This document shows positions 8,575-18,373 of a stretch of 64,000 nucleotides of DNA, in pieces. The stretch spans positions 1 through 64,000 of the IMG/VR virus record IMGVR_UViG_3300010366_000011. One strand, given 5' to 3'. The DNA comes from a virus. Both the position numbers and the translations under genes were made by a program. The notes below the pieces were generated by a model that saw only the letters and a program-made list of their open reading frames with translations, searched no databases and had not been told where the DNA came from. Positions within the stretch are counted from its first letter, which is position 1, and each line of letters starts with the position of its first letter.

Positions 8575-8864
8575 TGGACTCTCCCGGCAAGTACCGCTTC
8601 GGTGGTGACCTCTTCAACTGCCCGGACCCCCAGCGCCTGGCGGTGCTGTACGGCACGGCGATGGGCTGGACCGACGTGGTGCCCCAGGCCCATCTCACGA
8701 GCGGCCAGGGGATCAGCGTCTCCTACACCGATACCGACGGCATCCGGCGCCGCTACAACATCGGAGTTTGGTTCCTGCAGGACTTCGCGGCCAATCGCTA
8801 CGGGCCTGGCGTGCCCGTGTGGTCCTGGCCAGGCAGGACCCAAAGGAAAGGAGAACGCGGATGA
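8574..8864 (+). CDS. Hypothetical protein
   Basis: ATG at 8574 overlaps the previous stop. Confidence 0.65.
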   Translation: MDSPGKYRFGGDLFNCPDPQRLAVLYGTAMGWTDVVPQAHLTSGQGISVSYTDTDGIRRRYNIGVWFLQDFAANRYGPGVPVWSWPGRTQRKGERG

Positions 8865-9445
8865 TGACCCGACCACACGCCGAGGGCTTCTTCTACACGA
8901 TCCTGTCGCGGGATCCCGTCGAGCAGAGCGAGATCTACGACCGCTGGAAGAAGCAAGGTATCTGGGATCCTCGGATCACGGCATGGGAAGTCGGCGCGCT
9001 GGAGTCCGAGGAGCGTATAGCGGCTCGGATGACCTACGCGACTTTCATCGAGAGCCCCTACGGTTCGTGGGATCACTGTCCCATCTGCAACTTGACCGCA
9101 ACGCCTCATTGTGACGGGTGCGTCGCCTGTCCGGGGATGCCTCACGAGTGGTGGTGTCACGGGGATACCTGCATCTGTGGGTGTCCGAAGAGTCGGCACT
9201 ACCACAAGACCATCCGTGGCGCAACGACAGCGTTCGGGAGGCCATACACCATCGCCCGTCGCTGCCGGGGCCGTAAGTGCGGTTGCCCCGGCTATGAGGA
9301 TGTCGAGTACCAAGGTAGTTGCCTAGCTTGGGCTGATTGCACCGACGAAGAGAGGGCAGAGCGCCGGGCTCTCGCTCGGGTCATCCTCCAAGAGTGGGCC
9401 CTGGGGTTGGGGCCCTTCGAGGGAGAACGAGATGGCCGAGGCTGA
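8861..9445 (+). CDS. Cys-rich (zinc-finger-like) hypothetical protein
   Basis: AAGGAG RBS, ATGA overlap, multiple CxxC/CxC motifs. Confidence 0.7.
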   Translation: MMTRPHAEGFFYTILSRDPVEQSEIYDRWKKQGIWDPRITAWEVGALESEERIAARMTYATFIESPYGSWDHCPICNLTATPHCDGCVACPGMPHEWWCHGDTCICGCPKSRHYHKTIRGATTAFGRPYTIARRCRGRKCGCPGYEDVEYQGSCLAWADCTDEERAERRALARVILQEWALGLGPFEGERDGRG

Positions 9446-9944
9446 GTTCGGTCTTGCCCACGAAGCAGGCACCCTGCGGTGGGGCATCTGGGTTTGCGAC
9501 TGCGACCGGTGCCGCCAGGTGTGCCTGGACAACCCGGACGTCGTGCTGGTCATCAAGAGCAGCGAGGCTCGGATTGCGGTGACAGCGGGACGGCTCGCCG
9601 CGCTCGGCGCCGAAGCATTCCTCATCACAACCACCAGAGAGGAGGAAAGGGTGCGGATTCTGAGTAGGGAAGAGGCAACGGCGGGTGGAATGTCCTACAG
9701 CTTTCCGGGCGAATTGAATGCCGCCCAGCTCGACGGCACAGCCTGTGCGCGGTGCGGCGCCCCTGCCGCGTCCGCCGGAGATGGAATCGCCGGGCCGGCA
9801 ATGGTGCCGATCATGGAGGGCAGCTCCCTGTTCGTCTGCGATCCGGCATGCCCGACGAAACCTGCTGAGAGCGGGGAGCAGCCGAGAGTTCCTGCCGGTA
9901 ATCGTCCGGTGCGGATTCTGCCTCCGGGCGTCGAACTGGGCTGA
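9432..9944 (+). CDS. Cys-containing hypothetical protein
   Basis: GGGAGA RBS; CDCDRC and CARC motifs. Confidence 0.65.
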   Translation: MAEAEFGLAHEAGTLRWGIWVCDCDRCRQVCLDNPDVVLVIKSSEARIAVTAGRLAALGAEAFLITTTREEERVRILSREEATAGGMSYSFPGELNAAQLDGTACARCGAPAASAGDGIAGPAMVPIMEGSSLFVCDPACPTKPAESGEQPRVPAGNRPVRILPPGVELG

Positions 9945-10012
9945 AAGGAGGCACTGAGGCAAACCTGCATCACGACCAGACTCTGTCCGACCGAACGAAA
10001 AGGAGTAGGACG

Positions 10013-10354
10013 ATGGACTCGCAAACCGCAGCACCGATGGACCCCGAAGTCACGGCAATGGCGACCATTGTGGGCGCCATCAAGGGGCTCTCTCCCGAGC
10101 AGCTCCGCCACATCAGCCGCTGGAACCTCCCGACCACGGATGCCGAGATCGGTGACTTGGCCGCCACCACCGCGGCGCTTCAGACCACTCTTCGGGCCCT
10201 CCGGGCGCTGCCGGACCCGACCCAGCGCCAGCTTCTCGCCCGCTGGACTCTTCAGCGGTTTACCCCGGCAGTGGAACCGAAGACCGCCCAGACCGGAGCC
10301 CACCGCGGTCCCGGCCGTCCCCCGAAGGAGGAGGGACTCCGCAGGGCTGGCTAA
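10013..10354 (+). CDS. Hypothetical protein
   Basis: AAGGAG/AGGA RBS; last gene of the plus-strand operon. Confidence 0.65.
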   Translation: MDSQTAAPMDPEVTAMATIVGAIKGLSPEQLRHISRWNLPTTDAEIGDLAATTAALQTTLRALRALPDPTQRQLLARWTLQRFTPAVEPKTAQTGAHRGPGRPPKEEGLRRAG

Positions 10355-10478
10355 GATTCAGACTCCGCCCGGGAGAGCCTCGGTAAGCGCCACCTACTTA
10401 GCAGCGATCCTCGCCCAGGGGTCGGGGTGGGCAAGGCACCGAGTGCTTGGGGCTCTCCCGGGGGTTGGGCCGGTTCGA

Positions 10479-11312
10479 TTAACTCTCCCCTCGCCCCAGC
10501 CAGTCGACCCGCAGGGATGGTTCCTGCGGGTCGCTCCATATCCGGGCGAAGGCGCCCTCGCTGCGGAGCTGGCCGAGGGTGGTGATTCGGAACGGCATCC
10601 GCCGGTCATCGCGCGCCCAGTACGCCATGATGCGCTCCGCCCGATCTCTCGAAGCGCCGGGCCAGTCCTCGTCGGCGGCGTCGACCACGAACAGCACGAA
10701 GGGCCATCCCCGTGGAAAGCGGTGAGCCCACAGCCGCGGATCATCGCGGACGTCGGCGTACTGGCGGAGCTTCTCGGCGAGGCGCCCCGGACTGTAGGTG
10801 GCCCGGTCAACCTCGAGCAGCGCCGTGGCGAAGCCGACCTGGCCAGACCCTGTTACCACCGTGTAGCGGATCAGCGCATCGGCAATTACCCTATTTCTCC
10901 GCAGTGGGATCTCGTGGTCCCATCCGTGAACCCCGAAGTCGTCCCCGCGCTGTCGAGCGGATTCCAGCAGGGAAATCCCTACTTCGTTCACCGCCCAGGT
11001 GTGCCGAGCGAGGCGCAGGCCCTTCGTGCTGGGGGCGAATGGCAGGCGCCCGTCGCCGTCGAGCTGGCGCAGGCCGGCCAGTGTGCAGCTCCATACCTTC
11101 GGCCCCGAGCGCACCATCTTCCGGCCGGTGATGAGTCCCCGTCGCTCGAGATGAGCCAGGGGTTTGCTCACGGCAGCTCCCCTGCCGGCTTTCGTGTTCG
11201 GCAGATGCATCCGGCGGACCTGCTCGGAGTCCAGGTAGCGGTGCCAGCCGATCGAGGTCAGGATCCGGGCTGCCGTGTCGGGCAGCGGGGTGAGGTCAGG
11301 CATTGCTGACAT
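10479..11312 (-). CDS. Replication-relaxation family relaxase
   Basis: N-terminal wHTH (HRYLDSEQVRRMH), ARHTWAVNE His motif, ADA..LLEVDRAT PD-(D/E)xK-like core; downstream of the coupling protein; start could be 11303. Confidence 0.85.
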   Translation of the reverse strand: MSAMPDLTPLPDTAARILTSIGWHRYLDSEQVRRMHLPNTKAGRGAAVSKPLAHLERRGLITGRKMVRSGPKVWSCTLAGLRQLDGDGRLPFAPSTKGLRLARHTWAVNEVGISLLESARQRGDDFGVHGWDHEIPLRRNRVIADALIRYTVVTGSGQVGFATALLEVDRATYSPGRLAEKLRQYADVRDDPRLWAHRFPRGWPFVLFVVDAADEDWPGASRDRAERIMAYWARDDRRMPFRITTLGQLRSEGAFARIWSDPQEPSLRVDWLGRGES

Positions 11313-11583
11313 CCCTGCGGCCGGCGCCGAGCGCTGCCCGGTAATTGTGCTCGAGCGCCAGCCAAAAGCGGGCGGAGGGAAAAATCGGTATGCGGGCGAG
11401 CCCCTCCGCGTCGGTCTCGGTGATTGGCTCCCCTGCGAGGATCGCCGCCAACCGTTCCGGTCCAAGGCCAGTAAGTCTCTCGATCGCCCGGCTGGGAAGA
11501 TGCAGGTCCGCGATGGCTTCTGCGAGCGTGAGCCCCGGTCGGATACACCAGTCGGGCTCGAAGGAGTAGTGAGATGCGCTCAC
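11296..11583 (-). CDS. HigA/VapI-like HTH protein
   Basis: FEPDWCIRPGLTLAE..ITETDAEGLA..SARFWLALEHNY. Confidence 0.75.
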   Translation of the reverse strand: MSASHYSFEPDWCIRPGLTLAEAIADLHLPSRAIERLTGLGPERLAAILAGEPITETDAEGLARIPIFPSARFWLALEHNYRAALGAGRRDVSNA

Positions 11584-14081
11584 AGGTCCACCACCTGGAG
11601 GCCGCCGTCCTTTGGCGCTTTGCCGCTGGGGGTCTCGCCGAGCGCCAGAAGGATATCGTCGTCCAGGGTGTCAAGCGCCGCGACCGTGTCCGAGGCCAGG
11701 CGGTAGCGAGGGTCTCCGGCGATCGTGGCCTCGAGGGCTCCGGGGTTGCGAGGGTAGAGGGTGTGCGGCTCGAGCGGCTGGACCTGGAATGCAGGGGTTC
11801 GGTGGCTGTCATGGATCACCGAAGTCAGGAAGGTGTACTTCGCCGCGTCCATGAGGTCGGCGGCTCCGGCGCCCTGCCATTCCCTGGCGATCACCGCCGC
11901 TGCGTCGTGGGAGACGGCGGTTGACGCCACGGACGATCCGTTGGTGAAGATGGCCTCGAGCGTGCCCGGCTTAAGCTTGATCGGGCTCTGGGCGAGGATG
12001 TCGGCCCGGATACCGTACTTGCCCTGCTCCTGGAGGGCGACTGAGAGGTCTGGCCCGTCATAGGTCGGGGCCTCGTCAAAAACCTCTAAGAACCGGGGGC
12101 AGCGAATGGCGCGCTCGGCGGCCGGTGTGTCGGCTCTCGATGAGCCGCCCATCAGCAGACCACGGACGAACAGCGCTGTCGGCAGCACGTCCTGGCCGTC
12201 GCCCTTGCGGGCGTTCGAGAACAGCATGACCGTGCGGCTGTCCATGGCCTTGCGGTAGTCGAACGTGGAGGGCCCGCCCAGGAAGGCGGCGGTGGGCACG
12301 TTGGCCCGCAGCCGGCTGATCAAAAAGGTCACGGTCAGTGGAGCGTCCTTCGGCAGCCGGGGGAACTCGTTTTCCCACCAGTCCCGGATGCTGCGGGGAA
12401 GGTGTCGCATCACCGCCTTGCGCCAGTCCTCGTCGGAGACGAGCGTGGGGATCTGAAAGAACGTGGGCACCACCGGCGAGCCCGCATCGGCGAGCGCCCG
12501 GGACAGGGCGACGAGCGCCTGACCGCAGGCGGTGATGATGGCGGTGGCGCGTGGGGCGAAGCTAGCGGACCACTTTGTGGCGGCCTGGAAAGCGGAGACC
12601 ACCGCGGCCATGGCAGCGTTGGCCTCCTGCGGGCTCGAGCACCCGGCGTCGAATGGATTCCAGCAGGGCAGCCACAGGTCTTCCCACTGCCGGCCGAGAT
12701 TGATCATGAGCGCCCGGCCGGGGAAGCACTCGCCGAAGGGCTCGAGGGCACCGATGGCATCGCCTGCGGGGTCCACGAATGCACCGCCTAGACCCATGCC
12801 CCAGGGCGGGTCGGCCACGAACGACAGGAACGTGGTCAGCTCGTTGCTAGTTTTCCCCCAGCGCGTCCTGCCGAAGGTTGCCCCGAAGAAGAACTCATCC
12901 CAGGGTGTGCCGACCGGCTCGGCGTACCCGTCGACGCGTCCCAGCGGACGAACGCCGGGGCCAAGCGGGAGCAGGCCGCGCGGCGGCGGCGCGGCGGCAC
13001 CGGAGCGGCGAAGGTCGGCGTGCCTGTTCTTGGCGGTGGGGGGCTTAAGGAGCCCGGCGACCTCGGTGGCTGACACCCGCGGGGGGCGGTGGGACCGGAA
13101 TATCGTGGTGGCGCCCGGGAAGATGCCGTCCTCGAACCGGGTGTCGAAGCCGGCACGCATCAGCGGCCAGTCGGCGGTGGGGCGTCCCAGGAAGGCTCGG
13201 GGCTCGAACCAGTTACCGCCATCCGGCTGGGCCCACTGCCGTAACGGCGCGCCGGTGACGGCGGCTACCAACGCGCGTGAGCGGGCGCGCGAGGCCGAGG
13301 CAGCTCGGGCGAGCACCTGCACGTGGAACAGAGGCGGCGGCGTGCCCTTGGCTGGGCCTGCAGCTGCACGCGATCGCGCGGGAGCCTGTGGAGTGACTGT
13401 GGTTGGTGTTCGTGCCGCGTGGGCCCCGAGCGGCTGGGAGAACTGCCGCCAGGCAGCTCCCCAGTCGCGTGCCGCGTGCTGAGTGGGTTCGGCCAGGGCG
13501 TCTTCACGCTCGAGCCGAACCGCGGCATGGCGCTTGTGGGAGAGCGCCATGAGGTCAAAGCAGATCTGTAGATCCTCACCGTCGGCCACGAGCGCGAAGA
13601 CCTTGGCAAAGGCGGTGAGCGGATCCGGGTCAAGTCCCACCGCGGCAAGAGCAGCGCCGTCGGGGCGGGCCAGCACCATCTCGTGCCGGGCGACGTAGCG
13701 CGCGATCGTGTGTAAATCCTCCGGGGGTTCGGGTACCCGCACGGAGAGCCCCGCGGGCAGATGCGGGCGGAGAGCGGCCAGCAGATCCGCTGGTGCGGAG
13801 AGCCGGTAGCCCATGCGCCCGGGGGGGATGGAGACAAGCGCGATGCGGACGCTGTCCGCAGCCCTGCTGGCGCGGGGCCCGGGGCGTCGCGTCGCCGCGA
13901 TGGCAGAGGCGAGACGGGCCAGCGTCTCGCCGTCGGGGTCGAACGCCCGAGAGGGGATCAGGTCGACCCCCTCTCTCAGTCCGGCGCGGGAGCGGATCAG
14001 CGCACGCTGGAGGCTGACGGAGCCCATGGCTCCGGCTGCGAGGGCCCCGGCGGCAAGACCGGGAAGCTCTGCCCCGATCAT
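11580..14081 (-). CDS. VirD4/TraD-like type IV coupling ATPase
   Basis: N-terminal TM, GRTRWGKT Walker A, FVDPAGD, WNPFD, VFDEA Walker B, QGKYG..LAQ. Confidence 0.85.
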   Translation of the reverse strand: MIGAELPGLAAGALAAGAMGSVSLQRALIRSRAGLREGVDLIPSRAFDPDGETLARLASAIAATRRPGPRASRAADSVRIALVSIPPGRMGYRLSAPADLLAALRPHLPAGLSVRVPEPPEDLHTIARYVARHEMVLARPDGAALAAVGLDPDPLTAFAKVFALVADGEDLQICFDLMALSHKRHAAVRLEREDALAEPTQHAARDWGAAWRQFSQPLGAHAARTPTTVTPQAPARSRAAAGPAKGTPPPLFHVQVLARAASASRARSRALVAAVTGAPLRQWAQPDGGNWFEPRAFLGRPTADWPLMRAGFDTRFEDGIFPGATTIFRSHRPPRVSATEVAGLLKPPTAKNRHADLRRSGAAAPPPRGLLPLGPGVRPLGRVDGYAEPVGTPWDEFFFGATFGRTRWGKTSNELTTFLSFVADPPWGMGLGGAFVDPAGDAIGALEPFGECFPGRALMINLGRQWEDLWLPCWNPFDAGCSSPQEANAAMAAVVSAFQAATKWSASFAPRATAIITACGQALVALSRALADAGSPVVPTFFQIPTLVSDEDWRKAVMRHLPRSIRDWWENEFPRLPKDAPLTVTFLISRLRANVPTAAFLGGPSTFDYRKAMDSRTVMLFSNARKGDGQDVLPTALFVRGLLMGGSSRADTPAAERAIRCPRFLEVFDEAPTYDGPDLSVALQEQGKYGIRADILAQSPIKLKPGTLEAIFTNGSSVASTAVSHDAAAVIAREWQGAGAADLMDAAKYTFLTSVIHDSHRTPAFQVQPLEPHTLYPRNPGALEATIAGDPRYRLASDTVAALDTLDDDILLALGETPSGKAPKDGGLQVVDL

Positions 14082-14125
14082 CGGACCGCCTCCGGCGGGA
14101 CGTGGAGAAGGGGTCGCACCTTCAT
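14078..14125 (-). CDS. Putative 15-aa leader peptide (MKVRPLLHVPPEAVR)
   Basis: AGGAGGT RBS; TGA overlaps the ATG of the coupling protein gene. Confidence 0.4.
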   Translation of the reverse strand: MKVRPLLHVPPEAVR

Positions 14126-14165
14126 CAACTGGACCTCCTGGCTGGACAAACGTAATCTGGCGCGA

Positions 14166-14216
14166 ACTGTAACATCGACATAACGGAGATGTCTACTAGC
14201 CGACTTGTAGACAACA
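14166..14216 (-). promoter_or_regulatory. Promoter of the coupling protein/relaxase operon with operator
   Basis: TAGACA-N18-TACAGT; ACTTGTAGACAACA at 14203-14216. Confidence 0.65.
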
Positions 14217-14302
14217 CAACAGGGCGAAGGGCAGAACAGGAAAACCTATCGAATCCAGACAGCGAGCGATCGCCGAGCCCCGCGCACTCCGTGTTCTGGC
14301 GG

Positions 14303-14872
14303 TCACGGCTGAGCCTGCGCCTGGAGAATGCCACGGTAGACCTTGAGAAGATCAGCACCGGGCGGGTCGCCGTAGTTGCACTCGCACCACGGGCTCTCGC
14401 CGATGGCCTGGATCTGGGCCTCCGGGAGAAGCCCGAAGGAGGCGATCACGCCCACATAAAGCTTGCCTGTCAGGAGACTGGCGATGGCAGCGACTCCCTC
14501 CGCCGGGGTGGCATAGACCTGCCAGTCCCGGCCGGCCAGCGTCATGCAGGGCGGATGGGTGCAGGCGATGAACAGGTAGTTGTTGGCAGGCTGGCCCGGT
14601 CCGCCGCCGTTTTCCACCTTGAACCAGGCCCGGCAGACGTTGAGGTCGATCCCCGGCTGGCGAATCTGGGCGGTAGCGGTGACAAGGGCCTCGCATCCAG
14701 CCTCCTGGCTGGCGGGCACGGCCTGAGTGGGCACGGCTGGGGACACTGCTACCGCCGGCACCTGATCGGCCGCTACGGCGCCCGTGGTGGTCCCGCTGAA
14801 CATGGAGACGAAGGCCAGCAGGGCCATGCCTGCCGTCAAGGCCAGAGCGAAGAGTGCCGCTGCCCACTTCAT
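14303..14872 (-). CDS. Secreted glucosaminidase/lysozyme-like peptidoglycan hydrolase (VirB1 role)
   Basis: Signal/TM; AWFKVENG..NNYLFI..WQVYATPAEG..LL..Y..IGESPW pattern; position within tra operon. Confidence 0.65.
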   Translation of the reverse strand: MKWAAALFALALTAGMALLAFVSMFSGTTTGAVAADQVPAVAVSPAVPTQAVPASQEAGCEALVTATAQIRQPGIDLNVCRAWFKVENGGGPGQPANNYLFIACTHPPCMTLAGRDWQVYATPAEGVAAIASLLTGKLYVGVIASFGLLPEAQIQAIGESPWCECNYGDPPGADLLKVYRGILQAQAQP

Positions 14873-16956
14873 GGCTTCGCTCGCTGGCGTCGGGCCGACC
14901 GCAGCGCCTCAAGGTCTGCCAGGGCCTTATTGGCAGCCAGGTCCCGGACCCTACCTTGCACCCGGGCATTGAACGCTGCCCGCGCCTCGTCCTGATGAAC
15001 GGCAGCACTCTCGAATGCTGCAGCTCCCTGAGCCTGGCGGGCGCGCTGGGCGGCGATTTCGGCAAGGCCCTCGCGGATCTTGCGAGCACGGTCCTCGCTG
15101 TCCGCGAAGCGGCGGGAAGTTTCGGGCATCCCCACGGCGTGGTGCTGAAGGGGTGACACGAGCCGGCCTCGCACGTCGGCCAAGCGCTGGCGAGCGTCCT
15201 CGATGCGATTCTGGATCGGCACCGTCCCGGCGATGGCGAAGATGTTTCCGTAGGCGCCGAGCGCCTGCACTCCCCGCTTGCCCGCCTTGCCGGCGACAAC
15301 CGCCGCCGCCGCCACCGGAGGAAGACCCTTCTTCACCGCCGTCATCGTCGCCGCCCCGACGCGTCCAGGGAGCTTGTGAGCGAAGCGCTGGGCAGCTCCG
15401 GCAGCCGAGATGCCGAGCACCGTCTTTCCGACGCGATGGCCCTTGCCCGCTGCCGCGGTGTAGCCACCTCCCGACCCCAGGCTGCCGAGCTTGGCTCCGA
15501 GCGATGCCGAGGCTGCGGCGCCGGCAGCCAGGAAGTGCTTCTTGGCCACGAAGGCGCCCACAGTCACCGTGCCCAAGAATACCAACTTGACGGCGGCCGG
15601 GTCGTTCTGAGTTTGGATGAGACCTTGGGAGAAGAGCATCACAAAGAAGACCAGGAGGGCGCTACAGGCCAGGATAGCTCCGGCGGCCTTTGCCGCCGAT
15701 GCCGTCCACTTCCAGATCGCCGTGTGACGGGGGGCGAGCCCGAGGGCAGCGGCGATCGGCATTGCCACGATCAGGAACACGCCCCAGAGCTGGGCACCCA
15801 CAACCGTGATGGCGATTCCGACAAGCAGGATCATCACCAGGAAACTCAGGAGGACGAAAAACCAGGACCACATCCAGCGATCACCGTTGGCGGGGTCGGC
15901 GTTCATGTCGGCGTACTTCTTGCACTCGGGCTGGGTGGCCATGATCGACCGGGGGTAGTTGTCGTTGCCCCATGGGCCGCTGAGGATGATGGCATCGCGG
16001 ATCGCGGCACACTTCCCGGTCAGGATCTCGCCCCACTGGAGCTGGTCGAAGGGCTTGTCGATCAGGGCTTCGGCGATGCTCTTGTTGAGAGGGCCGAGGC
16101 GGACAGCAAACTCCGGGTGGTCGAAGGAGTTGGCCGCTGGCTGGGGATTGGCCAGGCCCTGGGTGGGATCGGTCGACGCCGAGAGGATCTGTCCACTCAC
16201 GTCGCTCACCGTTGAGTAGGCGCCTCGCAGGTACCCGGCGGGGTTGGCCAGCAGGACGCCCATGACCATGAAGATCGCGTACGTCACCGCCAGCTCTCCG
16301 GCGGCCTTCGTCCCCTTGCCCCGAAAAAGCAGGATCGCCACGGCGACACCGGTGGCGAGGAGAGCGTAGTAGCCGAGCCCCAGCGGGCCGACCAGATGAG
16401 TGGTGAACGCATGCGCGGCGTCGGCTGCCGGACCGGCGAGGCGCGCAGCGAAGCCGAAGGAAAACGCCCACGCCACGGCGAACAGTCCGAACCGGATCAT
16501 CAGCATGTGAATCGACCAACCCGACGTCATGATCGTGCCCTGGAACCTCCGAGTAGCGTCGGTGGGGTTCGAGTCGTCATATCCCAGGCCGTAGGCGCTC
16601 GGGGGGAAGCGGGCTCCCACGTCGCCTGGGATCATCTCGCCGCCGAGGTCGAGGATCGGTTTCGGCTGGCTGAACTCATGGAGCTTGAGGCAGATGTCCA
16701 GGCCGCTCGGGTCGTGAATGTTGTCGTAACAGACTCCGCCCGGCATGGTCATGTGGGGGTTGGCCTTGCAGATGTCGAGGCCATGGCCGGTGAGTCCGTC
16801 GCAGTTTCCTGTCGGCACGGTGACGGTTGGGGCCGGACTCGGTGGAGGCGTCTGGGCCCTCGCGGCGCTGGCGATGCCGAGCACGCCCGCTCCCGCAAGG
16901 GCGAGGCTGATCAGGCTGCGGGTGGCTATGCGCCCGGCGTGAAGACGGCCAGTCAC
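14869..16956 (-). CDS. VirB6/TcpH-like polytopic conjugation membrane protein
   Basis: GTG at 16956 overlapping the upstream stop; signal peptide, multiple TM helices, PFDQLQWG loop motif. Confidence 0.8.
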   Translation of the reverse strand: MTGRLHAGRIATRSLISLALAGAGVLGIASAARAQTPPPSPAPTVTVPTGNCDGLTGHGLDICKANPHMTMPGGVCYDNIHDPSGLDICLKLHEFSQPKPILDLGGEMIPGDVGARFPPSAYGLGYDDSNPTDATRRFQGTIMTSGWSIHMLMIRFGLFAVAWAFSFGFAARLAGPAADAAHAFTTHLVGPLGLGYYALLATGVAVAILLFRGKGTKAAGELAVTYAIFMVMGVLLANPAGYLRGAYSTVSDVSGQILSASTDPTQGLANPQPAANSFDHPEFAVRLGPLNKSIAEALIDKPFDQLQWGEILTGKCAAIRDAIILSGPWGNDNYPRSIMATQPECKKYADMNADPANGDRWMWSWFFVLLSFLVMILLVGIAITVVGAQLWGVFLIVAMPIAAALGLAPRHTAIWKWTASAAKAAGAILACSALLVFFVMLFSQGLIQTQNDPAAVKLVFLGTVTVGAFVAKKHFLAAGAAASASLGAKLGSLGSGGGYTAAAGKGHRVGKTVLGISAAGAAQRFAHKLPGRVGAATMTAVKKGLPPVAAAAVVAGKAGKRGVQALGAYGNIFAIAGTVPIQNRIEDARQRLADVRGRLVSPLQHHAVGMPETSRRFADSEDRARKIREGLAEIAAQRARQAQGAAAFESAAVHQDEARAAFNARVQGRVRDLAANKALADLEALRSARRQRAKP

Positions 16957-17510
16957 AACCCGCTCGCGACCCGTTCGATCCAGGTAATCACGGCCGTCGG
17001 GGACCAGTACCACACGGCTGTTGCCAAGGCGCCCGCAACCCACCAGCCGCGAACGAGAAGGGCAGCGATGACGGTCCGCCAGAAGGTCTTCCACGGGTGA
17101 CGCTTGCTGCGGTGGCCCCCGAACAAGAGGGCGTTCTCCATCCAGTTCACGCCCGGGGAGACCGGAATCAGGTTGTACCAGCGCTCGTGGCCGAGCGACC
17201 CGTACCCGAAGAGATGCTGCGGCTCCCGCTTCGTCGCCTTGCGCGACCCGGCTGCCCGGCATAGGGCGCCGGCAGCCTTCATGGCGGAGATGTAGGCGAT
17301 GGCCACCAGACAAACCGCTCGCAGCGCAAGCGGTATCCAAGATGCCCAGCCGGCCGCATGCAACACAAGCGGTCCGCCAGCGCCGAGCCATCCCAGCGAC
17401 CGCCACATGAAGAACGATCGGCGTACTTTCGCCCGGAACTTCGGCGTCCGCCGGTACTCGGCATAGGCTTGCTGAAGCTCGTCGAGAGTGGGTCTGGTAG
17501 CGACGCTCAC
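16953..17510 (-). CDS. Membrane protein in tra operon
   Basis: GTG at 17510 with GGAGG, GTGA overlap, hydrophobic segments. Confidence 0.7.
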   Translation of the reverse strand: MSVATRPTLDELQQAYAEYRRTPKFRAKVRRSFFMWRSLGWLGAGGPLVLHAAGWASWIPLALRAVCLVAIAYISAMKAAGALCRAAGSRKATKREPQHLFGYGSLGHERWYNLIPVSPGVNWMENALLFGGHRSKRHPWKTFWRTVIAALLVRGWWVAGALATAVWYWSPTAVITWIERVASGL

Positions 17511-18373
17511 CTCCACCCCCAGTGGTATCTGGCAGCGAAGAAGGCTGTTGCCAGGAAGGCGATGGCAATTACCCAGGGCACGGCAGCACGTCCCCCGCGG
17601 TGTGACCGCGGGGAGGTAGGCGCCTGGGCGTCGAAGGTCAGCGAGGTAGGCTTGCCCGATGTGGTCATCGAAGGCTGTGGGATCGGGTCCTGATGTACGG
17701 GTGATGGTGAAGGCGTTGGACCGACGGCCTCCGGCGAAGCTGCAGGCGACTGGGTCTGCGCTGACAGGACTGGGGGCGGCGTTTCTGTCGCTGGGGAACG
17801 GGTTGCAGAAGGCGTCGGCCGAGGCTGAGCTACAGGCACGGGCGAGGGTGCGGACCGAGCTGTCACTACCTTCGCCGGGATGGGGGCAGGCGCGCTCGCT
17901 GCAGGAATCGGCGCTGCAGGCGGCAGCTCGCTGGAGAAAGTCACGTCGATCGACGGAGTCCCGGTAGCTCCCTGGGGGAGCGGGCAGGTCACTGTGATCT
18001 TCCAGACCACCGGCGGCGTCATGTTGAGACTCCAGACGTAGGGAGTAGGCGCCCCGGCCCCGATGTGCTGGGAGTCCTGCTCGACACCGTTGCGATAGCG
18101 GATCGTGGCGCAGGCCGGACCCGCCCAGCTGGGATCCCAGACGTGTACCCACGGAGTCACGTAGACCCAAGATGGTCCGACGTGGCCATAGTCGAATACC
18201 GTGCCCGCGGTGATGACGTCGGCGGTCTGCTGGACCGGCGTGGGGTTGACCGTCATGCCCCAGGTGTAACCGCCATCGTTGGCATGAGCCGCGTCAGCCA
18301 ACGCGAAGGCCAGCACCAAAGCCGATGCCAGAACGAGCATCATGACCACGACACGGAGAATCTTCACATCCAT
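17507..18373 (-). CDS. Surface-exposed protein: signal peptide, beta-rich domain, Pro/Thr stalk, C-terminal TM anchor (putative adhesin)
   Basis: ATG at 18373 after GAGGAGG; AHA cleavage site; C-terminal hydrophobic helix with basic tail. Confidence 0.7.
   Translation of the reverse strand: MDVKILRVVVMMLVLASALVLAFALADAAHANDGGYTWGMTVNPTPVQQTADVITAGTVFDYGHVGPSWVYVTPWVHVWDPSWAGPACATIRYRNGVEQDSQHIGAGAPTPYVWSLNMTPPVVWKITVTCPLPQGATGTPSIDVTFSSELPPAAPIPAASAPAPIPAKVVTARSAPSPVPVAQPRPTPSATRSPATETPPPVLSAQTQSPAASPEAVGPTPSPSPVHQDPIPQPSMTTSGKPTSLTFDAQAPTSPRSHRGGRAAVPWVIAIAFLATAFFAARYHWGWR

Noticed and set aside
11296-11583. Complete HigBA toxin-antitoxin system
   Set aside because: Neighbours are the coupling protein and relaxase; no toxin ORF is adjacent
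14869-17568. 899-aa ORF as listed in the track
   Set aside because: The first 204 codons overlap another credible gene; GTG 16956 with stop overlap and a signal peptide is the better start
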